Shown here piece by piece: positions 39,779 to 47,925 of a stretch of 64,000 nt of DNA. This stretch comes from an uncultured Bacteroidota bacterium. GTDB taxonomy: Bacteria > Bacteroidota > Bacteroidia > Bacteroidales > GCA-2748055. The position numbers were made by a program, and so were the translations under genes. The stretch's first letter is position 1. Each line of letters starts with the position of its first letter. The stretch is taken from assembly GCA_963713725.1 (NCBI GenBank), contig CAVQMZ010000029.1, forward strand, positions 100,369-164,368, in the 5' to 3' direction. The notes beneath the pieces were generated by a model. The model did not search any database and was not told where the DNA came from. It worked only from the letters and a program-made list of their open reading frames with translations.

Positions 39779-40837
39779 TTATTGACCGGTCCAGTTATTA
39801 ATTTTCAGAACAGCACCGGTTCCCAATTCGCGTTCATTCCTGGCCAGGGCCATAAAGAGGTATTCAGGTTCACCATTTTTCCACAGGATATGCGCCCTTT
39901 CAAACCTGAGGATGGGCTCGTCGAAATAGAAGGCGTTGGTTTGAATAGCTATCTCGGGTTTCTCCCAATTCACACCGTTCTCAGATTCATAGATTAAACC
40001 GGGTCGCCATCCTCCTATTCGCACCGTATCGGGATCGGAGGGGGTAGCTGTATAAGTGCTGGCCACATCCATCCTGTCTTCCAGGATCATGTAATATTTC
40101 CCCCTGTAAATGAAGTTGTATGAGTCTTCTACATCCAGGCCAGCCTCCACATAGCTGATCATAGGGTTGTCGGGATGAGGTGTATAAGGACCCTCGATTT
40201 TGTCCGAGCTGGCCAGTGAGATGGTTCGCAGGTATGGATCATCAGGTTGATCGGAAACAGTCTTATAGTAGATCCTGTATTTTCCCTCCAGGTCTTTATG
40301 AAAGGAGGGGTTCGAGGCATGGAGACAATCGAAGCTTCCTGGTATAAAAGAAGGGGCAAGGACCGGATTATAGGGACTCTCCACCCAGGGTCCGTCCAGT
40401 GAGGCGGATGTGGCTAATCCAACCTGTTGATTCATCCTGGGCAGGGACCTCTCCTTATAGGCGTATACCATAACATACAATCCATCTAGCTGGTTGATCT
40501 GAGGATTGTAGTAGCTAATGGTATCGTTCTGGAAAACTGTATCGAGCAAAGTATAAGGACCCTCCGGTCGATCGGCTATCATATGCACGATCTGGGCGTT
40601 TACCAGCCAGTCGCCATCGCTGGGCCAACGACCGACAAAAAGATGAACCCTGCCCTGCTTATCATAGATGGGAGCCATATCCCAGTTTGCCCACTCGGGA
40701 TCATCCAGGATTCGCTGACCGGCTTCAAGGGACTTGCAGAAATCGGAAACCTTCATTTGATCATCGGAACATGAATATCCCAGAGCAAAAACAATGGGGA
40801 TGATCAGCAAGAGGGATTTGTTGAGTATTAATTTCAT
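39779..40837 (-). CDS. Lipoprotein with a five-bladed beta-propeller GH-like signature (GH43/GH117-clan-like). Family uncertain.
   Basis: Intact 352-aa ORF with lipobox ALGYSC. It has repeated blade-like strings (GRVHLFVGRW, DGLYVMVYAY, SASLDGPWVESPYNPVL, GKYRIYYKT, SSDKIEGPYTPHPDNPMI, GKYYMILEDR). The call rests on pattern resemblance only. Confidence 0.35.
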   Translation of the reverse strand: MKLILNKSLLLIIPIVFALGYSCSDDQMKVSDFCKSLEAGQRILDDPEWANWDMAPIYDKQGRVHLFVGRWPSDGDWLVNAQIVHMIADRPEGPYTLLDTVFQNDTISYYNPQINQLDGLYVMVYAYKERSLPRMNQQVGLATSASLDGPWVESPYNPVLAPSFIPGSFDCLHASNPSFHKDLEGKYRIYYKTVSDQPDDPYLRTISLASSDKIEGPYTPHPDNPMISYVEAGLDVEDSYNFIYRGKYYMILEDRMDVASTYTATPSDPDTVRIGGWRPGLIYESENGVNWEKPEIAIQTNAFYFDEPILRFERAHILWKNGEPEYLFMALARNERELGTGAVLKINNWTGQ

Positions 40838-40972
40838 TAAAGCACCGGTTTAGAAATAAATAGAAATTCTACCTGACTGTAATAATATGATTATTTGTGA
40901 TTAGGAGATTGCTTGTTTCGCCCATCGTATTGCTCAATCCTGTATTCCATGATCACCATTATAAAGGAATCC

Positions 40973-42268
40973 TCAGCTTACCGGTTTGTGAGTTTTAATA
41001 TAATCCGGATCAATAATGATACCCAGTCCTGATCCTTCGGGGGCCTTTATCTTGCCATCAATACTTTCAAATGGTCCTGCCTTACTTTCCACCGGAATAG
41101 TTGTTCCATTGGCATCATAGGTTTGGAAGGTCTTAAATTCGTGGTATTTGTCGGCATTCGGGCATACAGAGACCATATGAATCAGGTAAAGGAATCCCAG
41201 TCCCCCGCCTGAAATATGCGGCGAGGTCCTGATCCCTGCGGCTTCTGCCATCCGGGCGACCTTCATGGAACGGATCATACCACCATTGTAAAACAGGTCG
41301 GGCATGATTACCCCGAAAGCATGGTTGCCGATCAGCCAGCGGAAAACCCGTTCGCTGAATTCCTCTTCTCCGCCCGCCATGGTTATATTCAGGGTCCGGG
41401 CTATCTGGGCCTGCTCCTCGTACCAGGTCCACGGAACAGGCTCCTCATACCAGTAATAGTTGTATTCTTCAAGCATCCGGCCGATTCGCAATGCTTCCTT
41501 CACATCATAGCTGCCGTTCCCGTCAATCATCAGGACCATATCGTCGCCAAAAAACTCACGGGCCATTCGGATCAGTTTTTCTGTCCGCCCCGGTGCATTT
41601 TCATGATTAAGGCCCAGGTTATCACCACTTCCTGCCCGTACCTTTATCGCTTTAGATCCGATCTCCTCGTTATCCTGTCTCATCAGTTCCAGGGATTCCT
41701 CCGGTTCAAGGGTGCGAAATTCACTTAAGCGATGCCCCAGATAAATCCCGATCTCAGGATTTTCAAGCTCCCCCAGTAGTCGTCCGGCTGGTTTATCGGC
41801 AATAATCCCAAGCATATCCAGGATGGCAAATTCAATACCCGCGATTTGCACGCATAGCGGCACACCCTGGTTTTTCACAGGTCCCTCTGCAGCATGGAAT
41901 ATCAGATTGTCGAGATCACGTGCATCTTTTCCAAGGAACATCCTCTGAAGGAGGTTGGTAAACATGGGATAAGAGTTCCTGGCAATAAAGGGATGCCCGA
42001 TGGAGATTCCCTCAGCACCATCCCTGGAACGCACCCGGTAAATTGTGTTGTTCCTGTCTCTCAGTAATTCCAGCGATTCGATGATCACCGGGTCGGGAAA
42101 AAGTTCCCTTCTCAAAACGGGTTTAGCCAGAGCTGCGTCAAGTGCGGAGTAGTCCGGGGGACCGCAATCACTCTCTCCGGCTGGATTGCAGGATGTCAGG
42201 GGAAAAAAAGCTGATGCTCCGCCGATGGCGGCAGCGCTTGTTAAAAACTGTCTTCTGTTGGTACGCAT
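40973..42268 (-). CDS. Enolase-superfamily (mandelate racemase / muconate lactonizing enzyme-like, acid-sugar dehydratase-like) protein with a twin-arginine signal and lipobox.
   Basis: The start is taken at the internal Met, MRTNRRQFLTSAAAIGGASAFFPLTSC (RRxFL Tat motif plus LTSC). Upstream ORF residues overlap the sulfatase 3' end and look non-coding. The MR/MLE-type metal-ligand pattern is MLMIDGNGSY, YYWYEEPV, MAGGEEEF, with a later PHISGGG. Confidence 0.7.
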   Translation of the reverse strand: MRTNRRQFLTSAAAIGGASAFFPLTSCNPAGESDCGPPDYSALDAALAKPVLRRELFPDPVIIESLELLRDRNNTIYRVRSRDGAEGISIGHPFIARNSYPMFTNLLQRMFLGKDARDLDNLIFHAAEGPVKNQGVPLCVQIAGIEFAILDMLGIIADKPAGRLLGELENPEIGIYLGHRLSEFRTLEPEESLELMRQDNEEIGSKAIKVRAGSGDNLGLNHENAPGRTEKLIRMAREFFGDDMVLMIDGNGSYDVKEALRIGRMLEEYNYYWYEEPVPWTWYEEQAQIARTLNITMAGGEEEFSERVFRWLIGNHAFGVIMPDLFYNGGMIRSMKVARMAEAAGIRTSPHISGGGLGFLYLIHMVSVCPNADKYHEFKTFQTYDANGTTIPVESKAGPFESIDGKIKAPEGSGLGIIIDPDYIKTHKPVS

Positions 42269-42299
42269 GCTTAAGTGTTTAGAATTACTATTAAAGGAG

Positions 42300-43922
42300 C
42301 TACTTCCCAACAGTAATCTGTTTAACAATTTTTTCTCTTTGAGTCTCCCACAGGGATACCAGCTCTTCCAGCTTCTCCGGATTTTCAGTGGCCAGGTTAT
42401 GGCATTCACCCCGGTCCACCGACAGGTCATATAATTCCCAGTCACCATCCTCCTCGATGGTGGCAATTTTCCAGTTTTCATGCCGCAATGCCTTCTTTTG
42501 CTCGTGGTTCCAAAAGATGGGCGGCCTTTCGCTCAGGGCATCCTCCTTTAGAAAGGGGACCAGGCTGATCCCGGGGGCTTCAAATTGTCCATCCAGTTCG
42601 GCCGGGTCACCCCCGGCCAGCTCAAGCAGGGTGGGGGCAATATCGATAATGTGTGCAGGCATGTTTCTGAAGCTGTTTTCTCCACGGATGCCTTTGGGCC
42701 AGTGAACCACAAGAGGGGTGGCTATCCCGCCCTCATGCAACCATGTTTTGTGCAGTCTGAAGGGGGTATTGGCAGCAGTGGACCATCCGGGACCCAGACA
42801 GATATAAGAATCTGCCGATCCAGGAACAGAACCGATGGTATGTTTGTCTGCCCGGTTCATTTGCTCGGTACTGGCTCCATTGTCGGAGCAGAAAAAGATA
42901 ATGGTGTTGTCCAGATAGCCCAGATCCTTGAGCGTATTCACATATCGACCTATCTCCCTGTCCATTCGGGTAATCATGGCTGCATGAATGGCCATTTTAA
43001 CGGCCTGAAACTCCTGCTGTTCCGGGGATAGGTCATCCCATGGGATGGCGCGTCCTGTTTCTGCCGGATCAATCTGACTGACAAGTTCTTCCGGTGTAAG
43101 GTTCCAGGGTGCATAGCGTTCAGGCTCCAGGGGGTATATCTCCTGGGCCTCAAAACCCATTACCTCCCTGTTTTCTGCCCTGTATTTTCTTACTTCATCC
43201 CATCCCAAAAGGAATTCCTCCCGGTACATATCAATATCCTTTTGCATGGCCTGCAAAGGGAAGTGAGGTGCAATAAAGGCAATGTATTCAAAAAAGGGCT
43301 CGCTTGGCTTTTTTTCGTGGTGTTCCTTCAGGTATTTAATGGCATGATCCACAATGTCTACAGAAGCTTCGTATTCAGAACCGGTCCCGGGAAGGGCGAT
43401 GGAATCTCCGTCTTCAATCAGGATTTTCGGACGAAGGTGACGTCCGTCTTCGGTCCTGTAAGAATGGTCAAAACCAACTTCGGTGTGACTCAAAACGCGG
43501 TATTCGGGAGCTCTTCTGAAGATATGCCATTTTCCAGAGTGGTAAGTGCTGTAACCATGCTCTTTCAGGAGGGCAGGTAACCAGGTTTCATTGACAGGTG
43601 CGAAAAGACCGGCAGTAAAGTCCACTCCCTGTATGGGATCGGATAAAACCTGGTGAGGATAGTACCCCGAAAGTAAACTGGTCCGAGTGGGCCAGCAGCG
43701 TCCCGTATTATAAAAATTGGTAAAGCGAAGTCCCTTTCTGGCTAAAGCATCAACATTCGGGGTTTCAATAATTTCGGCACCATAAGAACCCAGGTCCGAA
43801 TGGCCCATGTCGTCGGCCAGGATGAAGACAATGTTTGGTTTTTCCAATTCATTGGGAGTACACCCATTTATTGCAAATATACCCATCATGGCAAGAGTCA
43901 GCAGGCTCAGTTCTTTTCTCAT
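42300..43922 (-). CDS. Sulfatase (Cys-type, CWPTR variant), lipoprotein.
   Basis: Intact 540-aa ORF with signal and lipobox (FAINGC), NIVFILADDMGHSDLGSYG, GRCWPTRTSLLSGYYPHQ, GKWH, CSDNGAS and GGIATPLVVHWPKGI. Confidence 0.9.
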   Translation of the reverse strand: MRKELSLLTLAMMGIFAINGCTPNELEKPNIVFILADDMGHSDLGSYGAEIIETPNVDALARKGLRFTNFYNTGRCWPTRTSLLSGYYPHQVLSDPIQGVDFTAGLFAPVNETWLPALLKEHGYSTYHSGKWHIFRRAPEYRVLSHTEVGFDHSYRTEDGRHLRPKILIEDGDSIALPGTGSEYEASVDIVDHAIKYLKEHHEKKPSEPFFEYIAFIAPHFPLQAMQKDIDMYREEFLLGWDEVRKYRAENREVMGFEAQEIYPLEPERYAPWNLTPEELVSQIDPAETGRAIPWDDLSPEQQEFQAVKMAIHAAMITRMDREIGRYVNTLKDLGYLDNTIIFFCSDNGASTEQMNRADKHTIGSVPGSADSYICLGPGWSTAANTPFRLHKTWLHEGGIATPLVVHWPKGIRGENSFRNMPAHIIDIAPTLLELAGGDPAELDGQFEAPGISLVPFLKEDALSERPPIFWNHEQKKALRHENWKIATIEEDGDWELYDLSVDRGECHNLATENPEKLEELVSLWETQREKIVKQITVGK

Positions 43923-43933
43923 GTATGAATCTT

Positions 43934-45346
43934 TTAAGGTAATGAATTTTCTTTTAGATTTTGTCCTGGTGCCATGTAATTAAAATCCCCGTTATCAATT
44001 ACCAGCACCCAGTCTACTCCGGATACCGGAACCCTGAAGTTTTCCCTGACTTCGCCTTCAACATCTTTGCCCGGTGTGGCTTCTCCGGTGCGAGGGTTGA
44101 ACCACCAGGTTCTGAAGACGTCTCCTTCAATTCTGGAAAAATCAATGATCACATCCGAATTCGAAGGAAGGTAAATGAAAGCATAACCCTTGCCCTGTGT
44201 TGCAGCTATATGATCGATGCTTCCACCTGCATATCCCCAGATAATGGACTGGTCGGGTACCCTATCCAGCATGGGGCGTGATTCCATAAGCTGCCTCAAA
44301 TGAAGCATGTCAAATGCTCCGGGCAGGTCCATGGCTTCCTGCCAGGACATGGGTGGATAGTTGATGGCTTCCACCTTGTCTGAATAAAATTGCCAGATGC
44401 AATGATTCCCGTATGTATGCCCGTGAGCCCCTGCAAAAAGGCCCCAGTAAGCAGCGCGCCTTACGTCATCTTCACCTGATATTCCGTTTTTAGGATTCCA
44501 TCCAAAGGGATGGGATTCGTAAATGGGTTCTGCATCCATGCAGGGTTTGGGAGGAAAAAGGACATAATCAGACTCAATTACCCGGTAATTTGGGATGAAA
44601 CGGTCGCTGTGCCCTGACTGATGCATGTTAAAATCCAGCCAGTCGGCATTGTGGAAACACTCAGAAGACGACCTGGAGCCCATGGGATGAAAGGTCATCA
44701 GATGATTCTGGTCTTCCGAACGAATTCCCCTTGCCAGGGCCTCCCATACTTCCTCCACACCCAGGCAGCCACGGTCACCACCATTTATCCAGATAATATT
44801 GGGTGTGTCTTTGTATCTCTTACCCAGCCATTGTCCATAAGTATAGGCATTATCAGCATTGAAGATCAGTGGGCCATCACCCCATCTCAATTCAACCTTA
44901 TCCCCCCAGGTGGGGAGCAGGCCCATCACCAGTCCTTTGGAAGCAGCGATCTCTATCACCGAGTCCACAAAGGCAAAATAGTCCTCGTTGGGTTTTGTGG
45001 GATCCATATCCTGCAGGGGCAATTCACCATTCACCGAGGGCGTTTTGAGACCATCCAGTTCAGCAAGTAGTACAGCCTGTATCACAGTAAATCCTTTTTG
45101 TCTCCTGTTTTCCAGAAATATTTCTGCCTCTTCCAGAGAAAGTCGGTGAAAAAGCTCCCAGGCAGTTTCTCCCAGATAGAAAAAGGGATCTCCATTTTCA
45201 AATTGAAGGAAACGCTGATTTTCACTCACTATGAGTCTCCCTTTTGAAAGATCAACGGCCGGTCCTTCATGAACCAGGTTCTGAGCTTTGCCTGAAAGGC
45301 TTAAAAGTGATATTAATACAAAAACAAAGATTCGGATTACTTTCAT
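43934..45346 (-). CDS. GH140-like (DUF4038-type) putative glycoside hydrolase, secreted.
   Basis: Intact 470-aa ORF with a signal peptide. FENGDPFFYLGETAWELFHRLSLEEAEIFLENRRQKGFTVIQAVLLAE, LLPTWGDKV and PNIIWINGGD resemble the DUF4038/GH140 N-terminal TIM-barrel signature as I remember it. Confidence 0.55.
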   Translation of the reverse strand: MKVIRIFVFVLISLLSLSGKAQNLVHEGPAVDLSKGRLIVSENQRFLQFENGDPFFYLGETAWELFHRLSLEEAEIFLENRRQKGFTVIQAVLLAELDGLKTPSVNGELPLQDMDPTKPNEDYFAFVDSVIEIAASKGLVMGLLPTWGDKVELRWGDGPLIFNADNAYTYGQWLGKRYKDTPNIIWINGGDRGCLGVEEVWEALARGIRSEDQNHLMTFHPMGSRSSSECFHNADWLDFNMHQSGHSDRFIPNYRVIESDYVLFPPKPCMDAEPIYESHPFGWNPKNGISGEDDVRRAAYWGLFAGAHGHTYGNHCIWQFYSDKVEAINYPPMSWQEAMDLPGAFDMLHLRQLMESRPMLDRVPDQSIIWGYAGGSIDHIAATQGKGYAFIYLPSNSDVIIDFSRIEGDVFRTWWFNPRTGEATPGKDVEGEVRENFRVPVSGVDWVLVIDNGDFNYMAPGQNLKENSLP

Positions 45347-45437
45347 GATTTGTGCTTGGGTTCAATGGGATAAATATATTATTTTGCAGGAACTTAAACG
45401 AATACATATTTAAGAAACCCTGTTAATAAACTTCACC

Positions 45438-46778
45438 ATGAAAAACGCAACAATCAGAACATCTCTGTCCATCTTAATGTTGGCCTGTCTTGGTCTCAGC
45501 AGCCTTGCCCAGGAAGGCTATGTTCCCACAGCCGAAAACCTTGAAAACCGCGAGTGGTTCCAGGATAACAAATTCGGACTCTTTGTTCACTGGGGGGTAT
45601 ATTCCATTATGGGGGGAGGCGGTGACCAGGGCATCGCCGAATGGATCATGAATCAAAAGAATATCCCCGTTCATGAATATGAAAAATTGCCAGGTTTCTT
45701 TAATCCCACCCAGTTTGATGCCGCAGAGTGGGTTTCCATGGTGAAGAAGGCAGGAATGAAATACATTACCATCACCAGTAAACACCATGACGGTTTTGCA
45801 ATGTACGATTCCAAGGTAAGCGATTACAATATCGTTGATGCCACGCCCTATGGGAAGGATGTGATTGGCATGTTGAAGGAGGAGTGTGACAGGCAGGGCA
45901 TAAAACTCTTTTTTTATCATTCCCAGCTGGACTGGCACCATCCCGATTATGTGCCCCAGGGCAGAACAGGAAAGGAAATTCCGGGAAGGTCAACTGAGGG
46001 CGACTGGAACAAATACATCGATTATATGAATACCCAGCTTTCCGAGCTGTTGACCCAGTATGGTGATATCGGCGGGATATGGTTTGACGGGATGTGGGAT
46101 AAGCCCGGTGCCGACTGGCGACTGGCGGAGACCTATGCCCTGATTCATGAACATCAGCCGGGGGCGCTGATTGGGAGTAACCACCATAAAATGCCCTATC
46201 CCGGAGAGGATTTTATGATGTTTGAACGTGATCTGCCGGGCGAGAATTCCATGGGATTCAATAATACAGGAATTTCCTATGATGTGCCACTGGAGATGTG
46301 TGAGACCATGAACGGATCATGGGGTTTTAACCTTGTTGATCAGAATTATAAGTCGGTTGAGAAATTGATCCACACCATGGTCAGGGCCGCTGGTTTTGGA
46401 GCCAATTTTCTGCTGAATACAGGCCCCATGCCCAACGGGAAAATACAGCCCGAGAATGTGGATACCCTGATGGCCATCGGGCAATGGCTTGAAACTTATG
46501 GGGAAGCTGTTTACGGAACCCGCAGGGGTGCGGTGAAACCCCAGGAATGGGGAGCCCTGACTCAAAAGGGTGATGTGGTATATGTACATGTACTTAACCC
46601 GGGCGAAGGTTCCATTGAAATTGAAGGCTACCTGCCCAGGATTAAATCTGCAAAATTTTTCGATGATGGATCTAAGGTGGAGGTTAAGGTGAAAAAAGGG
46701 ACCTCAGGTTTGGTGCTTGTATTACCTTCTGAGAAAATAAAGCCAATTGATACAATTATAGAATTAACTTTAAGATAG
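45438..46778 (+). CDS. GH29 alpha-L-fucosidase, secreted.
   Basis: Intact 446-aa ORF with a signal peptide, FGLFVHWGVYSI, YITITSKHHDGFAMYDS, GKDVIGML, GGIWFDGMW, FLLNTGPMPNGKI and GQWLETYGEAVYG. Confidence 0.9.
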   Translation: MKNATIRTSLSILMLACLGLSSLAQEGYVPTAENLENREWFQDNKFGLFVHWGVYSIMGGGGDQGIAEWIMNQKNIPVHEYEKLPGFFNPTQFDAAEWVSMVKKAGMKYITITSKHHDGFAMYDSKVSDYNIVDATPYGKDVIGMLKEECDRQGIKLFFYHSQLDWHHPDYVPQGRTGKEIPGRSTEGDWNKYIDYMNTQLSELLTQYGDIGGIWFDGMWDKPGADWRLAETYALIHEHQPGALIGSNHHKMPYPGEDFMMFERDLPGENSMGFNNTGISYDVPLEMCETMNGSWGFNLVDQNYKSVEKLIHTMVRAAGFGANFLLNTGPMPNGKIQPENVDTLMAIGQWLETYGEAVYGTRRGAVKPQEWGALTQKGDVVYVHVLNPGEGSIEIEGYLPRIKSAKFFDDGSKVEVKVKKGTSGLVLVLPSEKIKPIDTIIELTLR

Positions 46779-46918
46779 GTACTAAGGTGCCTATTGTATA
46801 CTTACTTGCACTAGAAACACCAGGAGCTGGTCCCCGAGTTAGCCAGGTCTCTTCGCAAGGCCAAGCTTGAACGGAACCTGGATGAGGATAGTTGGATATC
46901 CGCCGGTATAAATATAAA

Positions 46919-47812
46919 TTAGTATTTGTTGTAGTGCATGACTCCCCCTGAGAGCTCCAGATCCTGGAAGCTGACTTCCAGATGCTCAAAATTCAGGGGA
47001 ACAGAGATGAAATAGCGTACGGCTTTTCCGTTCAGCATTGCCGGCTGCCATTCGCCTGGCAGGGCGGCGATGAGATTGACCAGAAACTGGTTCAGTTGCT
47101 GTGATCTTCCCTTCAGAGTGATTACTCCGTCCATGCTCCCGTCTTCCATGATCACCCAGGCCACCTCCACCACATCACTGATCTGAGTGAGGTCCAGGTT
47201 CGAGTTATACAGATTCTGCAGGATGTAGGTGTGAAAGAATTTTGGCCCCATTTTATACTCCGGCTCACTGTCGGCGGAATAAAAAACAGAGTCGATATAT
47301 TTATCTCCATTACTCAACCAGTTCTGATTTGAAAGCAGTTGATTGTCCTTGTAAAGAGAAAGAGATTTCAAATTACCGTTGGCATGATATTCGGTAATAA
47401 GTCCTTCCATGTGCAGGGGGAGGTATTTTGAGGAGAAGCCGGTACGCAGGACTTTCGAAACATCAGACTCGGAAAATTCATAAAGTCCGGGTTCAATCCG
47501 GGTCATCTTCCTGTAGATTTTTGTTGGGAAATATCCCTCACCCTTTTTTTTAATAAGCAGGGTACCGTCATTTTCAATATTGATCTTCTCCTGTTCAATC
47601 ATAGTCCACTTATCATCCTTTTCACCACCCGACAGGATGCTGGTTTTTATCACGTAGCGGGTATCAGATTTCGTTCTGACTTCCTTCATCATAAGGGCAT
47701 CATCTGCAAGATCTACCGGCCTGGAGTTTGCGGCGTAATAATATATCTCCTGGCCAGCCACAGCTGTGAGGATAGTATGGAAGCAAAGTAAAGCCAGAAG
47801 GATATTTTTCAC
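46919..47812 (-). CDS. Secreted hypothetical protein with a MORN/YwqK-like repeat and a TonB-C-terminal-like domain.
   Basis: Intact 297-aa ORF with a signal peptide. ITEYHANGNLKSLSLYKDNQLLSNQNWLSNG is MORN/YwqK-like. The C-terminal PEYKMGPKFFHTYILQN...VEVAWVIMEDGSMDGV...ALPGEWQPAMLNGKAVRYFISVPLNF resembles a TonB_C fold signature. This is a weak call. Confidence 0.35.
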   Translation of the reverse strand: MKNILLALLCFHTILTAVAGQEIYYYAANSRPVDLADDALMMKEVRTKSDTRYVIKTSILSGGEKDDKWTMIEQEKINIENDGTLLIKKKGEGYFPTKIYRKMTRIEPGLYEFSESDVSKVLRTGFSSKYLPLHMEGLITEYHANGNLKSLSLYKDNQLLSNQNWLSNGDKYIDSVFYSADSEPEYKMGPKFFHTYILQNLYNSNLDLTQISDVVEVAWVIMEDGSMDGVITLKGRSQQLNQFLVNLIAALPGEWQPAMLNGKAVRYFISVPLNFEHLEVSFQDLELSGGVMHYNKY

Positions 47813-47925
47813 AGCAGAAGAATTTGATGCAAGATAGAATTTTCAAATTTTGCAGTCAAAAATTATGAAGTATATTGGCTATATTGTAAAATAAATATTC
47901 CCCAAATCCTTTTATATTCATTCCC

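Noticed and set aside
42269-42481. The 71-aa N-terminal extension of ORF 40973..42481 upstream of the Tat motif.
   Set aside because: It overlaps the 3' end of the sulfatase 42300..43922 in another frame and has no protein-like features. The Met immediately preceding the RRQFL Tat motif is a far better start.
46779-46918. A relatively GC-rich 140-nt convergent intergenic region containing CCAGGTC, considered as a possible SRP (4.5S) RNA or other small RNA.
   Set aside because: I could not find the conserved SRP helix-8 strings (GGAA-type tetraloop flanked by AGCA/GGA-type loops) or a convincing closing helix on either strand. Only short ambiguous pairings appear. A covariance-model scan (Rfam/Infernal) would be needed before calling anything.
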